Of a DNA stretch of 64,000 bases, positions 23,549 through 36,687 are shown piece by piece (position 1 is the stretch's first letter; every line of letters starts with the position of its first letter). The translations under genes and the position numbers were made by a program. The notes below the pieces were generated by a model. That model worked only from the letters and a program-made list of their open reading frames with translations. It was not told the DNA's origin and did no database searches. The DNA comes from Vitrella brassicaformis CCMP3155 (taxonomy: Eukaryota; Protista; Chromerida). The stretch lies in the NCBI GenBank assembly GCA_001179505.1, contig CDMY01000677.1, positions 1-64,000 of the forward strand. Direction: 5' to 3'.

Positions 23549-25300
23549 TCAATTTTGACACCACCCGGCCCACATACACACATGGCTCGGTTCGAATGCC
23601 TGCAGGGCACGAATGGTTCGGTCGATGGTTCGCCATCCAATGCTAAATGAGCAAAAAACAACGGCACTGCACTGCAACCACCGACAGTGTAACTCACGCA
23701 GAGAGACCTGCAGACAGAGCACAGGGCGCAAGCTGTTGTTAGGCAGCTGCGTGTGCGCCGTGCCCCTCTCTCTCTGTTGCTCACGTGGGCTTTTGTATTT
23801 GACGAGTGTGGCCTGTCTGCGCCACTGCTGCAGGTCATGCAGCAGGTGGATCTGGCGGCTCTCCTGCATGGCATGGAGGAACGGACGGACGGACGCACAC
23901 AACACGCCACAAACACTATGTGCGGCATCGGTTCATCTGTCCATTCTCCACCTGTTGGTCGTTCTTGACCCGCAGCGACGTGGTGTGTCTCGCCACCACC
24001 GCCCTCTCCCTGCGCACCGCATCCCTCTCACCCTACACACACACACACACAGACACACACGGACACACAGATGGAGAACACACACACGATTCAACACGTC
24101 TCCCCGCCTGCGTGACGCTATGTGTGTCTCCTTCAGTGACCTCCGTTTTGAGTACGCGGAGTTTCAGGTCGTTGAGCTGCGTGGTGAGCAATACAACGTC
24201 CCTCTCAACCTGCAGACACGCAGATCATGCAGAAGCGACGAGCCAACCGCCGTGTCTCTGCCTGCCTGCCTGCTGTATGTGGTGTGTGAGGCGGATGGCA
24301 CTTGACCTACTACTTACTTGTTGTGTGCGTCTGTCTAGGTCCTGGTTTGCCAGTCGTTGCTGGGTCATCTTGACGCTCATGGTCTCCTGCTCACGCTGCA
24401 GGGCGGCACGCTCGACCTCAAGGTGCAACGTCTTGCTCTCCAATTCCTGATGTCATCACCACAAGTATCCACAACATGGGATAGTCGGCCCATGTTGACG
24501 CCCATGTTGACACGACAGACACGTGCGGCGTGCTCTTCTCTTTGTTCTTGCCTTGAGGGTATGTTGTGTGTTGACGAGCTGGTTGGTTTTGCGTGCCCGC
24601 CAGAGGTCCTTGTGGCGGACCGCCTGCTGCAAACTACGATACGACACCTGATGCTGTATGTATGGACACAACAACAAACCAATCGATGCATACTTTTGAC
24701 GGATGGTCTTACCATCTCCAGCTGGCGTTTCAAGGCCCTCTTCTCCTCCTCTTTCGCCGCTATCTCCCGCAGCAGCACCTCATGCTGCTGCAGCATCTCC
24801 TGAACTGTGTCCACAGACAGCCTCACACTCGACTGGCTGCTACGGCCAACCGGCAGAGCGCTCGACGACCGAACACCAGCACCACCACCACCGCCACCAG
24901 CTCCAGCACCACCACCAGCGCTGGCAACAGGACGGCTCGGCGCAACACGCGACGTCTCCACCTGCCCATCCCGAGCAGTGTGCAGCGTCACATCTCCCCT
25001 CACAGCCGCCTGCACTGCCATATGTCCATCTGAGCCACGAGCCTTTCGGCGCAGCTCCACACGCCGCCTGGCCGCATCCTCGCCCTCGCCACGAGCAGAC
25101 GCCCTGCCGGTTTCTGGATGGTCCCTCAGCCGTCCGTTGGCATGCTCACGGCCGCGGGCCTTGAACGCAGCCGTGCCCTCGGCGGCTTTGCTATGTGCTC
25201 GCGAGAAGGGGCCGCGCGCGAAGATCAGCGCCGCTTGGGATGAGGGAGAGAGAGATCTGTGGCGATGGGGGTGAGGCCTGCGCTGCGATGGCTGATCCAT
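23549..25300 (-). CDS. Coiled-coil hypothetical protein (3' end approximate)
   Basis: Spliced exons such as QEMLQQHEVLLREIAAKEEEKRALKRQLE, ESKTLHLEVERAALQREQE and ESRQIHLLHDLQQWRRQATLVK. Confidence 0.6.
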
Positions 25301-27430
25301 GGCGATTTCGCGAGGAGGTGAGGAGAAGCAGCTTCCCTTAGGGTCAGTCTGAGTCGTTAAACGGAGTGAAGGCGAGAAAAGTTCGCCACTCGAGTGCCCT
25401 CTTCCTGTTCCATTCAACGCCTAAGGCCCTTCGTGTCACGCTCCTCTCTGTGGGCCCGGCATCTCCTCTTCGCGCACGTCCCACATCGACAACACGGTCT
25501 GGGGGAGATACGAGAATGGCATCTCTATAAAGGACCCCTGCGCAAGGGATCCCCGTGTAACAAGAACAACTAGGTGTTTGGGGTGCTGGTGGGGTGAGGG
25601 GGGCGGGGCGACGCAGATCTACAGATCTGCGCTTCTCGTCCTGCTCATCTCTCTCCCCACCACCACCAACAGACGGCACCCACCGGCTGCGCAGGCATGG
25701 CATGGACAGACACCGGTGAGTGAGGCGAAAGACGCCTTACATGCGGGCGGGCGAAGGAGATCAGAAGGGTGGCCGCCTCGTGGCTGGTGTTGACTGTCTC
25801 TCTCTCTCTCTCTCTCCGTGTGTGTGTGTGTGTGTTCAGGGGATGGGCGCGTGTGTGGCGGGAGGTGGGTATTCGCGTCGGAGGTGCCGATGCACCAGGT
25901 AGGGCACGCGATAATACGTGCGACACACACACATGCAGTGATTGACACTGACTGTCTGTCCTCGGCTGCTGTTGGTGCTGCTGGTGCTGCTGCTGCTCTG
26001 TGCAGGCCTAGGCGTGTCATGCAGCACATTTGGTGGCCTTTCCTCCGGCCGCCGGCAGCCTCCCGCCCGCCACTGTATGCAGCTCTCCAGCCATTGACAC
26101 ACACTGACTGACGGCAGGTCCAGCGCACACATACACACACCGGCACACGTCCGCACGCACCTGTCTGTGTGGTGCTGTGCTTCCCTGTGCATGCAGGCAG
26201 CCGTGAATGGACCTGCTCGGCATGCCGGGGAGTGCCGGGGAGTGTGGTGTCTGCATGACGTCCGTGTCGTGGCTGGCCTGGCCTGGCCTGTACATGTATG
26301 TCGCTATGCGGCTTGTACAGTAGAGGCATCGTACATCTCCTGCTGTGTCACTTACAGCTGTACGCTGTCTGCATCTTTCAAGTTGCTGGCTGCTTTTTCT
26401 ACCAGCAGTCCGGGAAGTGGACTCTTCCACCTGCGTACGAACTTGGCTGGTGGGAACGGGAGAGAGGGGAGAGAGAGAGAGCGAGAGTATGTAAAATGCC
26501 TGTAGGTGCGTTTTTTGCGTGGCAGTCAAAAGCAAAATAGCAAAATATCATGATATGTCATGTCTCTGATTTGCTTTACACAAAATAAAATGTCCATAAA
26601 ATGACACCCAAAGATGTGCACACGTTTATGTAACCACTGGTGTGCACTCCCTATCACAAAATTCTTCGATACAAAAGATGGTTTCCGACTCGTTTTTGCG
26701 TGTGAATTGGGTGGGTGGGCATGGGCCCACGCCCACCCATCTGCCACACACACGTGCACTCAGTGGTAGTCATTTTTTGATAGATTATTCTATCATACAG
26801 GTGTTCCTCTCTCTCTCTCGTGGCTGCTGGTGTATGCGTGTGTGTGTGCGTGTGTGCTTCTCGACTGTGGGCGCTGTATGGCAGGATGCGGATGTGTGTT
26901 TGTGTGTCGAGTCGTCACGATGCGGTGTCGGCCACCGATGTGCCCAACAAAAAGGCAGAGAGACAGAGACCAAGGAAAGGGATGCACTGACTTTTTGCCG
27001 TGGGACCTTCAATGAAGATGCAATGGTCTCATCCATCGGCCTGTCCGTACGGCTGCGTATGCGTCAATCACGATGGATTCAAAAAGTCGTGTCGTCGTCT
27101 CCCCCGCCATGCAGTGCACGTCGCTAATTGACTAAGAGGGCGGCAAAACACACACATCGTGATGATGGATGTGCCATTGCGGGAGACAGCCGAACACACA
27201 ACACGCCGCGCCACGCCATGCAGGCAAGGCAAAACCAAAGGAACACACATGCATCCATTGCAGCCAGAAGGCAGCCAGCCAGCCAGCCAAACAAAAAAAA
27301 AGGAAAACAACACATCGATCTCACACTCGTGCATATGTGCGTCAAGAACGTCAACGTCCACTAAGTGCAAACCCATCCCTCCCTCCCTCCCTCCCTCCCC
27401 CACCCACTATCGATGGACCGATTCACCTAA

Positions 27431-30400
27431 TCAGAATTTGCCCTCCTCAAAGGGCTTGCAGTAATATCGGCCATAGCTGGCATCTCTGATCGGCGCGCCA
27501 TGGCAGTAGTCCTTTGCCTGGCCCTTGTTCATGCACTTCCCCGACTGTCTCCCCTTCTCCGGCGTGCGTGTGCCCACCACACACACCAGTCCGCCGCCGC
27601 AGTTCTGACTCACCGACCCTGGCGACCCACCGGTGTAATAGAAGCAGGTGGCTGCTCGCACAGCACACACGCACGCAGACAGGCACATGTGTACACGCAC
27701 GCATGGATGGATGCGGCCTCTGTGTGTGTTTGTACTGACCTTTATCGGCACGTTCGAGCTCGGATTCGGCTCGGGAGCGTTTCCGCGCTTTCTCACGAGC
27801 GTTCTTAGCATCGATATCGGCCTGGAAGTCCTCCTGCACACACGTAAACACAAGGATAAAGACAAGCGCAACATGCCGCCACCCAGCCACACAGAGCCGC
27901 GTACACCCACCGACCTTCGTCTTGCACTGATCTCCTTTGCTGTTGCAGATGCACGTCTTCTGGGGCGGGCCGCATGGCTGGCGGGCCGTCTCGGATCCTG
28001 TGCAATATGCGGGCTTGGAGTCATACGAAGAGGGCCGGGGGAATCCGAGAAGTTCTTTGGTGTAGGCGTCGAACTTCTCGGCGAATTCCTTGGTGTACTT
28101 GGCGCAGTCGGCACTAGCTGCACACAATCACACACGCGTACGAATGAGAGCAGAGGGAAGGACCATATTCGCGTGCAGATGCATGGATGTGTGTGTGTGC
28201 GTGGATAAAGCACTGAGCGTGCGTACGTGTGAACTTGAGTGTCTCATGGGCGACGTCCTTGGCGGCGCAGAACTTGACCATATCCGGGCCGGAGCGGTCG
28301 ACGCGCCACCACAAGGGCCCCCTTGTCTTGTAGAAGGCGACGTCGTCCACCCAGACGTACTCGCACTCTCTGTCCTGGAAATCGTAGTACTGGGCAACCG
28401 CGAACGGCTGGCGCTCCTTCTTCGGGTCGTAGTCGTCTCTCTTGCGGCAAAGCTTCTCGACGTCGGCGGCATCGATACACACGCCTTTGTCGGTGTCCCC
28501 GTCGAAACCGTGATACTCGTTCGTTATCAGGCAGACCAGGCCTTCCCGACACGTGTGCTTGTAGTGACGACGGTCCAGACCCTCATCTGTCTTCACCGTC
28601 AGCTCACATTTGCCTATACACACACACAGACACACACACACACGCACATACGTACACACACACATGTACGCTGCTCTGGGTGAGTTACGGACCGTGATGT
28701 TTGCCTGTCGGTGTGGAAGCGAGACGATCAGACTGGACAGGGCAAACTGCATTCAGACAAGGCGAGACACAGGAAATGCCAACTGGATGGATAGATGGAT
28801 GGATGGAAATGCACGTGTCGAGTACCCGAGGGTTTGTATGGTCCTTTGCCGTCGCAGTAGGTAAAACGATCCGCCGCGCAGACATACTCGTCACCGGGAT
28901 AGGGTTCGCTGCGGCCCCAGCGCATTGGCAAGCCTCTGGGGGGNNNNNNNNNNNNNNNNNNNNNNNNNNNNNNNNNNNNNNNNNNNNNNNNNNNNNNNNN
29001 NNNNNNNNNNNNNNNNNNNNNNNNNNNNNNNNNNNNNNNNNNNNNNNNNNNNNNNNNNNNNNNNNNNNNNNNNNNNNNNNNNNNNNNNNNNNNNNNNNNN
29101 NNNNNNNNNNNNNNNNNNNNNNNNNNNNNNNNNNNNNNNNNNNNNNNNNNNNNNNNNNNNNNNNNNNNNNNNNNNNNNNNNNNNNNNNNNNNNNNNNNNN
29201 NNNNNNNNNNNNNNNNNNNNNNNNNNNNNNNNNNNNNNNNNNNGGGGGCAGCCTGGCGCCATCTTGTTACAATGGGACTCCCGCTCGACAAACGGCACGC
29301 ACTCGCCCTCTCTGGCCCACTTGACATAGTCCTGCAGCTTCGGATCAGCATCAGCACCCTCGTGAGACCTCCTGCGGGTGATTGCGCAGATCTGGCCCTC
29401 TGGCGTTAGGAACGATGGATGGACAGAGAGAGAAAGGGAGAGGGAGAGAAAGAGATAGAGACATGTGCAGACGGCATAGCCAAGACTCACCTGGGCAATG
29501 CTTCTGGTGGTTACGGTGCTCTTGCTCCGCGAACCAGCATCTGCCTGCACACACGCGGGATATCACATATGGGCAAGCAAAGATGCACGTTTCATGCGAT
29601 TCATTCATGTGTTGTTTGCGTGCTAACTTCCGGGTGCGGTGGATTTGATGCCGCGCCCCTCGAGAAGGGTATAAAAAGAGTCCGACCTGTCGATTCATTC
29701 GCAGGTGCACATGTGCATGCACAAGCGAGTCGGCCACTGCCTTCATGCGATTCGCTTACACGCAAACGTCGTCTTTGCATTTCAGACCCCATTTGCACGG
29801 CTTCTTCTGCTCGCAATCAGCAGAAACACATGAAAAGAGCGACGAAGGCTTGTCCCCGCCCCCGCAGCAGTCCTGACGGTCGCCCTTCTTCTGCAACGGC
29901 AAAGGACACCACAAACAGCAAGGCCGATGAGTTGCATCCGAACCAACAGAACCAACAGCATAGGTGACCCTTGCCTGGCAGCGACGTCCATATAGCGGGT
30001 TGTTCTTGTCCGCCTTGTATGTTTCTGTTTTCCTGTGTCGGTCGACGTGCTCGAAGCAGAACCCCTCTTTGCCCGCCGTTGTGCAGTCCTTGTCTTTCGT
30101 GCATTCATCTGCAGGGAGGAGAAGAGCCATACAGAGAGAGTGATATTCCCATACATCCACCACCCACTCGCCTTGGGGATGCTTTTTCTCGTAGTCGGAA
30201 TGGGTAGTTTTGACAGCCGTTGCGTAAGTGCCTGTCACATTCATCCATTCGGCAAGACAACACAAGACGCATGACAATGGGAATTCGATGGATAGATGGA
30301 TGGATGGATAAGTGTGGATGCCTCCCTGCCTACATACCGGTGAGGACATTCAGCTGCGTCTGGAGGTTATCGAGGGTTGTGTTGGCTGCCACCATCAAAT

Positions 30401-30853
30401 CGTTGGCGGCGCTGGTGACTTTACTGGCCACGGTACGGAGCTTGATGGCCGACTGGAGGGACTTCTTTCCGGTCTGGAGGTGGTGCTCCAACATGGACAA
30501 CTCAACTCCTGCACGCACACGCACATTTGATGGCTGGCTGGATGGATGGATGGCTGGACGCACAGGCCTTCCCCCCCACCCATCTGTGTGCGGCTACCGG
30601 TCCCTGCATCATCGGCCGCCTGGATCTCCTGACCGCCTCCGAGGAACGACGCACCTGCACACAGTCGACAGATACGACGTCGGACAGCCATATACGTATA
30701 CGGGCCAGCACTGATGTGTGCGCCATAGATCTCTCTCTCGCTACTGCATCGCCCACCATCGGTAGGGCAGTCCGTGCCCTCACAGTACTCGTCCCAAGCA
30801 GTCGCCGCCGCTGCAGAGTAGATGAACGCCGCGACGATGAAGAGCACATACAT
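27431..30853 (-). CDS. Secreted cysteine-rich modular protein with short coiled-coil segments (spans the first N gap)
   Basis: Signal peptide MYVLFIVAAFIYSAAAATA at 30853. An exon chain can be kept in frame through KCKDDVC-VSDSFY..-SRCWFAEQEHRNHQKHCP-EGQICAI.., with recurring C-x(n)-C-xx-G-L/Q-x-C...G-x-C modules. Ends YYCKPFEEGKF*. Confidence 0.75.
28944..29243. other. Assembly gap, 300 N, flanked by G-runs on both sides
   Basis: N run seen directly. Confidence 1.
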
Positions 30854-31012
30854 CGTGAGCACACCCCTTCCGCGACCCCTGGCTCCCGCCGTCTCGTAAA
30901 TTTCCATTCCTCATCCACCGCCCTGTTCGTTTTCTTGGTCCGCTCGTCCGTTCGTGTGAGATCTGCGAGCGGCTCCGAAGGCCCGGCCGTCATCCATTCC
31001 ATTGGTCTGCCG

Positions 31013-34000
31013 ATGGCTCTGCAAGGCCCGCCGCTGCCGGCCTTCCCGCGAGGCTCCACACTGTCGCCCAGCCACCGACGTAGGCACACCACACACGGAC
31101 GGACGGACGGACGGACGCAGTGGATGGATGGATGGATGGATGGACAGAAAACCGTGTGTGTGCGGTCGCTTTGATGTGTGCAGTGTACAAGACATCCATT
31201 TGCCGCGATTGGGTGATGACGAACGGCCACTGCCCGCGGGGCGGCATCTGCTCATTCGCCCACGGCCAAGAGGTAATACCCACCGACAGACACCAGCATG
31301 ACGGCGACCCGTTTTCTTCCCATGTGTGTGCATCTGCTGTGGGCAGGAGTTGCGTGAACCGCCCGGGTACAGGACGTCCATCTGCCAGTTCCACCGACGG
31401 GGCGAGTGCAGCAAAGGAGCCGAATGCCATTTGGCACACTCCCTCGAAGAGCTGCGCACGCACAAGTACCCACCCACCATCACATACACATACATACACA
31501 CACACACACACACAAACAAAGAGAGAGAGACAGAGAGGCGCACGGATGAGCATCTGTCGACCATTTCTTTGCTCTGTGTTTCCAGGTATGAGTTGGATCC
31601 CAGTGCCTTCCGCCGCCCCTGGTGGGAGAAGCTGAGCCACAAGCGGCGCGATGGCAAGGCCTTCCCCGCCCTGCTGCACCTCGACACCATGGACGCCTCA
31701 CACCAAAACTCCTCACCCGACGCACCGGGCACCTCTGCCACTGCCACACACACCCCGCCCACAGACAACCACCAGCGCCAGCACGATCACCCGTTCTTCA
31801 AGGCCCACTTCTGGCCCGACAGCAATGTCATCTTCGCCGACAGACGCAAGGTAAGCAGGCCAAATGGGGGAGGGGGAGAGGGACGTATGGTGTGTGGATG
31901 TGTCGTGGCCTTTGTGTGTGTGTGTTCAGTTGTTTGTGGTGGTGGTGAACAAGCCGGTGTGCTGGGATCTGCAGAGCCTGGCGGACAGCGTCGAGCGGGC
32001 GGCCTACGCCAAACGCATCATACCACGATTCTCACGCAGTAACAACACCATACACACCACACACGGACAGAGATGCCCTCAACCATCGTTCGTTCGTGTG
32101 TCTGTGTGTGGGGGCTGTGTCTGCAGGTTTGTCGTATTGTGTTGAAGGCAATGACTTCGCCGTCATTCGGTAATGATCTCTGTATGTGTGTGTGGGGGGC
32201 GTCACGATACACATGTGGATGCGTTCTCGGGTGTCTGTATCTGCTGTGCCTTCAGTTGTCACGATGAGATGTCGGCCATCGATATCATCAACATAAAGGC
32301 AACCCAAGAGAGAGAGGGAGACGAGCTGCACCCAATAGTTCTAAGCTACAGGTCTGTCTTGTCATCTGTAGGAGTTGTCCGCCCCGTCCACCCCCACCGC
32401 CACTGACGTGTTGCCATCGCCCCACCAGATGGCCATCGTGCTGAGCCCATACGACGCCACACACGACATGCTGCTACTCAAGGACCCATACAGGCAACCC
32501 CAACACACCCCACACAAGTTGCCCTCCTTCACTTATGTCTCCATCCATCCATTTATGCAGGAAGTCATTGTCTGGTGTTGACCATGGGTGTCCAGAGATC
32601 ATCCGGCCGCCCACAGAGCCCGTGTGTGACATGGTGCCGCTGCCGGTGGCCAAGGACACCTTTCTGTCGTCTGCCGTGCTGAGTGGTGGGGATGGCGCTG
32701 GGGGCGGTGGGGGTGAGGGGAGTGTGGGTGACGGCGGCCAGCCCGCAAGACGTCGTCGCGGCAAGACCACATCGGTCCCGCTGCCGCCGTGGAGGACAAA
32801 CAAAGGTGCGTGGGGGTGGCAGGGGGGTCATATGTGTCTTTTGATTGGTTTGGTTGGTNNNNNNNNNNNNNNNNNNNNNNNNNNNNNNNNNNNNNNNNNN
32901 NNNNNNNNNNNNNNNNNNNNNNNNNNNNNNNNNNNNNNNNNNNNNNNNNNNNNNNNNNNNNNNNNNNNNNNNNNNNNNNNNNNNNNNNNNNNNNNNNNNN
33001 NNNNNNNNNNNNNNNNNNNNNNNNNNNNNNNNNNNNNNNNNNNNNNNNNNNNNNNNNNNNNNNNNNNNNNNNNNNNNNNNNNNNNNNNNNNNNNNNNNNN
33101 NNNNNNNNNNNNNNNNNNNNNNNNNNNNNNNNNNNNNNNNNNNNNNNNNNNNNNNNNNTGTATGTGTGTGTGGGGGGCGTCACGATACACATGTGGATGC
33201 GTTCTCGGGTGTCTGTATCTGCTGTGCCTTCAGTTGTCACGATGAGATGTCGGCCATCGATATCATCAACATAAAGGCAACCCAAGAGAGAGAGGGAGAC
33301 GAGCTGCACCCAATAGTTCTAAGCTACAGGTCTGTCTTGTCATCTGTAGGAGTTGTCCGCCCCGTCCACCCCCACCGCCACTGACGTGTTGCCATCGCCC
33401 CACCAGATGGCCATCGTGCTGAGCCCATACGACGCCACACACGACATGCTGCTACTCAAGGACCCATACAGGCAACCCCAACACACCCCACACAAGTTGC
33501 CCTCCTTCACTTATGTCTCCATCCATCCATTTATGCAGGAAGTCATTGTCTGGTGTTGACCATGGGTGTCCAGAGATCATCCGGCCGCCCACAGAGCCCG
33601 TGTGTGACATGGTGCCGCTGCCGGTGGCCAAGGACACCTTTCTGTCGTCTGCCGTGCTGAGTGGTGGGGATGGCGCTGGGGGCGGTGGGGGTGAGGGGAG
33701 TGTGGGTGACGGCGGCCAGCCCGCAAGACGTCGTCGCGGCAAGACCACATCGGTCCCGCTGCCGCCGTGGAGGACAAACAAAGGTGCGTGGGGGTGGCAG
33801 GGGGGTCATATGTGTCTTTTGATTGGTTTGGTTGGTGGTCTGTGTCAGCGTATGACGTGTACCGTGATGGCGGGGGGCAGCAGCCGCCCCCTTGTGTGAG
33901 TGAGGATGTCAAGAGTCTGCTCGAAATCGCAAAAATCGTGGAAGGTCATGAGACACGACTGACGTCCGTTAGCCAATCTGTGTCTGTTTTTGCAGGTATT

Positions 34001-34732
34001 GGGCAGCACTACTCGTCCGACTCGATGGCGATACACTCGATGGCCGACCCCATCACGGCCACACACACACAACACCATGACAAACATGGTGAGGATCTCG
34101 ACCCATCACTCGCACACCAACAAAGGCTTTCCCAATGCCATTGTGTCTGTACGTGTCTCTCCCCCTCTGTCCGTCAGCTGCTGTTATGGCTGTGGATGTG
34201 TCTGATGAAGCCCCCCGCACGCCCCAGCCCAAGGCCGCTTCCCCTGCCCGCCGTGTCAAGCGCGAGAGCAGCACACCGGCAGGCAGCGCCAATGAATACG
34301 ACAACCATAAGGAGGGCACATCGGGGCGGCTGGACGGGCGACATTACAATGAAAACAACAATAACAGCGCTGCAGGTACACACAAAAGACACAGAGAGAG
34401 ACACCACCGCTCCCACCGTTTTTGTGTGGGTCTGTCTAGGTGTATGTGTTGGTGAGCGTTCGGGTGAAACGTCGGGCCAGGGGGATGACGTCATGCAGCT
34501 GTGGGATGACGGCCGCAGGAGCCCATCCCACAACAAGCGCAAGAGGTGCCCCACACCGCCCCCCCGGGTGTGCACGACGGCCCGCTTCGACGTCTCGCCG
34601 GCGCCCAAGCACCCAATGCTGTTCATACCCAAACGAATGCGGTGCGCTCAGCAGCACACTTGTAGCGATACATGCGGGCTATGCTCTTGTGTGTCTCGCC
34701 CGTGTGATGTTGCCAGTTTGGCTTACGAGTAA
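31013..34732 (+). CDS. Tandem CCCH zinc-finger RNA-binding protein with long uncharacterised C-terminus (3' end approximate)
   Basis: YKTSICRDWVMTNGHCPRGGICSFAHG and YRTSICQFHRRGECSKGAECHLAH, a TIS11/TTP-like YKT lead-in pair. Confidence 0.85.
32181..33836 (+). repeat. Exact 678-bp direct duplication (32181-32858 = 33159-33836) around a 300-N gap; probable unmerged contig overlap
   Basis: Identical ORFs at offset 978 (32375..32581 and 33353..33559). The duplicate ends exactly at the gap edges (N 32859-33158). Confidence 0.9.
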
Positions 34733-35211
34733 GTGAGATCTCTCTGCGGCAGTATTGTCCCACTCCCCATCTTGTGCCGGCCTCCAGATCATACACAGAT
34801 CCATCGCCGCATACACATACACACACTACGGACCCGTTCGTCGCCTTCAGACAGACAGACAGACGGACTTCAGTACCTATCACGACCCCCCGACAGACCG
34901 ATGGACAAACCTTGTCCACATGGATGCATGGACTTAGTGCATGAGACTGCATGCGCGTGCGTGTGTGTGTGTGTGTGCGCTCATGCATTGTGTAGGTGGT
35001 TGCACTGCCAAAGGCAGCTCACATGCCTGGATGGATGGATGGATGAATGAATGGATGGCGGCCGAGGCGGTGGGACATTGCTTCAATGCTGGAACAGTGC
35101 ACAGCACAGAAAAACAGACAGACACCAGGACACACGACCCAAACCGTCAAACGCTTGTGCACCGTGTACACTTTGTTGCACATTTCGTGCATTTCGTCCG
35201 ACTCAGTAAGA

Positions 35212-36221
35212 ATGGCAGCGCCATCAGCACTGTGGCGCTCCCCCCTTTTCTGTCTGTGCCTCGTCACTCTAGTCACAGTGGCACAGACTCAGTGGGACAA
35301 TGGTACTGCTCCTGTTGGTGCCAGTCCGGATCACGAAGGTGAGATGTCTGCATCAGCAGCTGAAAGGATCAGCAGCAGCATGGCATCACCCGTATGTCTT
35401 CCTCTGTGCAGAAAAGAGTGACTTGACATGCCCTGGTACAGGAACGTCTGCCTCGTTCCTGTGGCATGGTCTCACCGTTATCGAGGCAAGGGCTGCTGAC
35501 GACTACGCACCAAGTACGTACCTTCACAGGGGTACGGAGATCGTGCATCGGCCGACTGATGAGGATGAGGGCAACATTACGGGAAAGGAGCAGCAGCCCA
35601 CTGCAATGCCTAAGGAGATCGTGCATCGGCCGACTGATGAGGATGAGGGCAACATTACGGGAAAGGAGCAGCAGCCCACTGCAATGCCTAAGGAGATCGT
35701 GCATCGGCCGACTGATAAGGATGAGGGCAACATTACGGGAAAAGAGCAACAGGCCACTCCAATGCCTCGCATTGATGACTCTCGTGGGAAGGGAGTAAAC
35801 TGCGAAACGGACGAAGAGGGCATGAACATAACGGGTGAGGAGTAGAAGTATCAAACCACAACAACCTTCGCTCCTGGGGCGACAGATTGGCCGAAAGGCC
35901 TGCTTGCAATGCGCACTCACGTCGTGTCTTGTGTGTGTGTGTGTGATGTGGGCGCTTCAGATTTCTCTGCAACTGACAGTGAATTCATCAATGCCCGCGA
36001 CAGAAATGAAAATCTGATCGGTAAGCCGTGTAATCGATCGGTGTCTTCACCCACCTGTGTGCCTGCCTGCCTGTCTTCCTGCAGTCAATGGCGGGCCTTT
36101 TGATGGCAGGCGAAACGGCCCGCCAATGATTGAGAAGGCAGTGGAATCCAGCTCTCGAGAGCAAGAAGGGCCGTCACTGGAGAAGCTGGCTGAGAGTCTG
36201 AAGGGATTGTTGCATCCTTGA
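35212..36221 (+). CDS. Small secreted acidic protein with three 26-aa tandem repeats
   Basis: Signal-like MAAPSALWRSPLFCLCLVTLVTVAQT. Three phase-1 introns (after 35339, about 35835 and about 36021) keep the frame to ...LKGLLHP* (TGA 36219-36221). Confidence 0.75.
35537..35770 (+). repeat. 78-bp coding minisatellite x3 (EIVHRPTDEDEGNITGKEQQPTAMPK)
   Basis: Units start at 35537, 35615 and 35693; the third unit is slightly diverged. Confidence 0.97.
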
Positions 36222-36687
36222 TCAAGTGAACGGAGGCTGCATACGCGCGTCATGTCCCTGGGCTGAGTGGCAATTTGGCGGTCTTTTCTCTTCCCGTCGT
36301 CTGTGTGTGTGTGTGTGTGTGTCGCTGTGTGTGTGTCGCTGTGTGTGAGTGCGGGTGTCGGTGTGTGCGTGTGTGTCGGCTGCATGCTTTTGTGTGTGAA
36401 TGTCTTTCTACATTGCGTGTACACCGAGCGGCCCGCAAAATGTGCGCCGGTACGCTCTCTTTTTTCTGTTGTGTGGTGATTGATGCCTCTCTAGTTGACG
36501 TCCACCGACGTTGACAAGTGTTAATGTCTCTGTGCGCGGGACAGCGGATAAGGCCGCTTGGCCTGCCGAACTCGTGTATGCGGTTTGTCCCTCGCTGACT
36601 CATGATCAGTTAACCCCTTCCCGTGTGTGTGGGGCCTGTGCTGTGTGGATGGCCTTGATGGGATGTCGAAAGGGACGTGTATACGTA

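Noticed and set aside
28935-29250. 100 missing codons in the Cys-rich gene
   Set aside because: The gap is the same fixed 300 N and both flanks end in G-runs, so the true gap may be near zero. Its size is uninformative.
32181-33836. Apparent tandem exon duplication in the CCCH gene
   Set aside because: The copies are identical and stop exactly at the edges of a round 300-N gap, which is typical of an unmerged contig overlap rather than biology.
35537-35770. Possible CRISPR-like array
   Set aside because: Contiguous 78-bp units with no unique spacers, in frame within a eukaryotic exon; a coding minisatellite.
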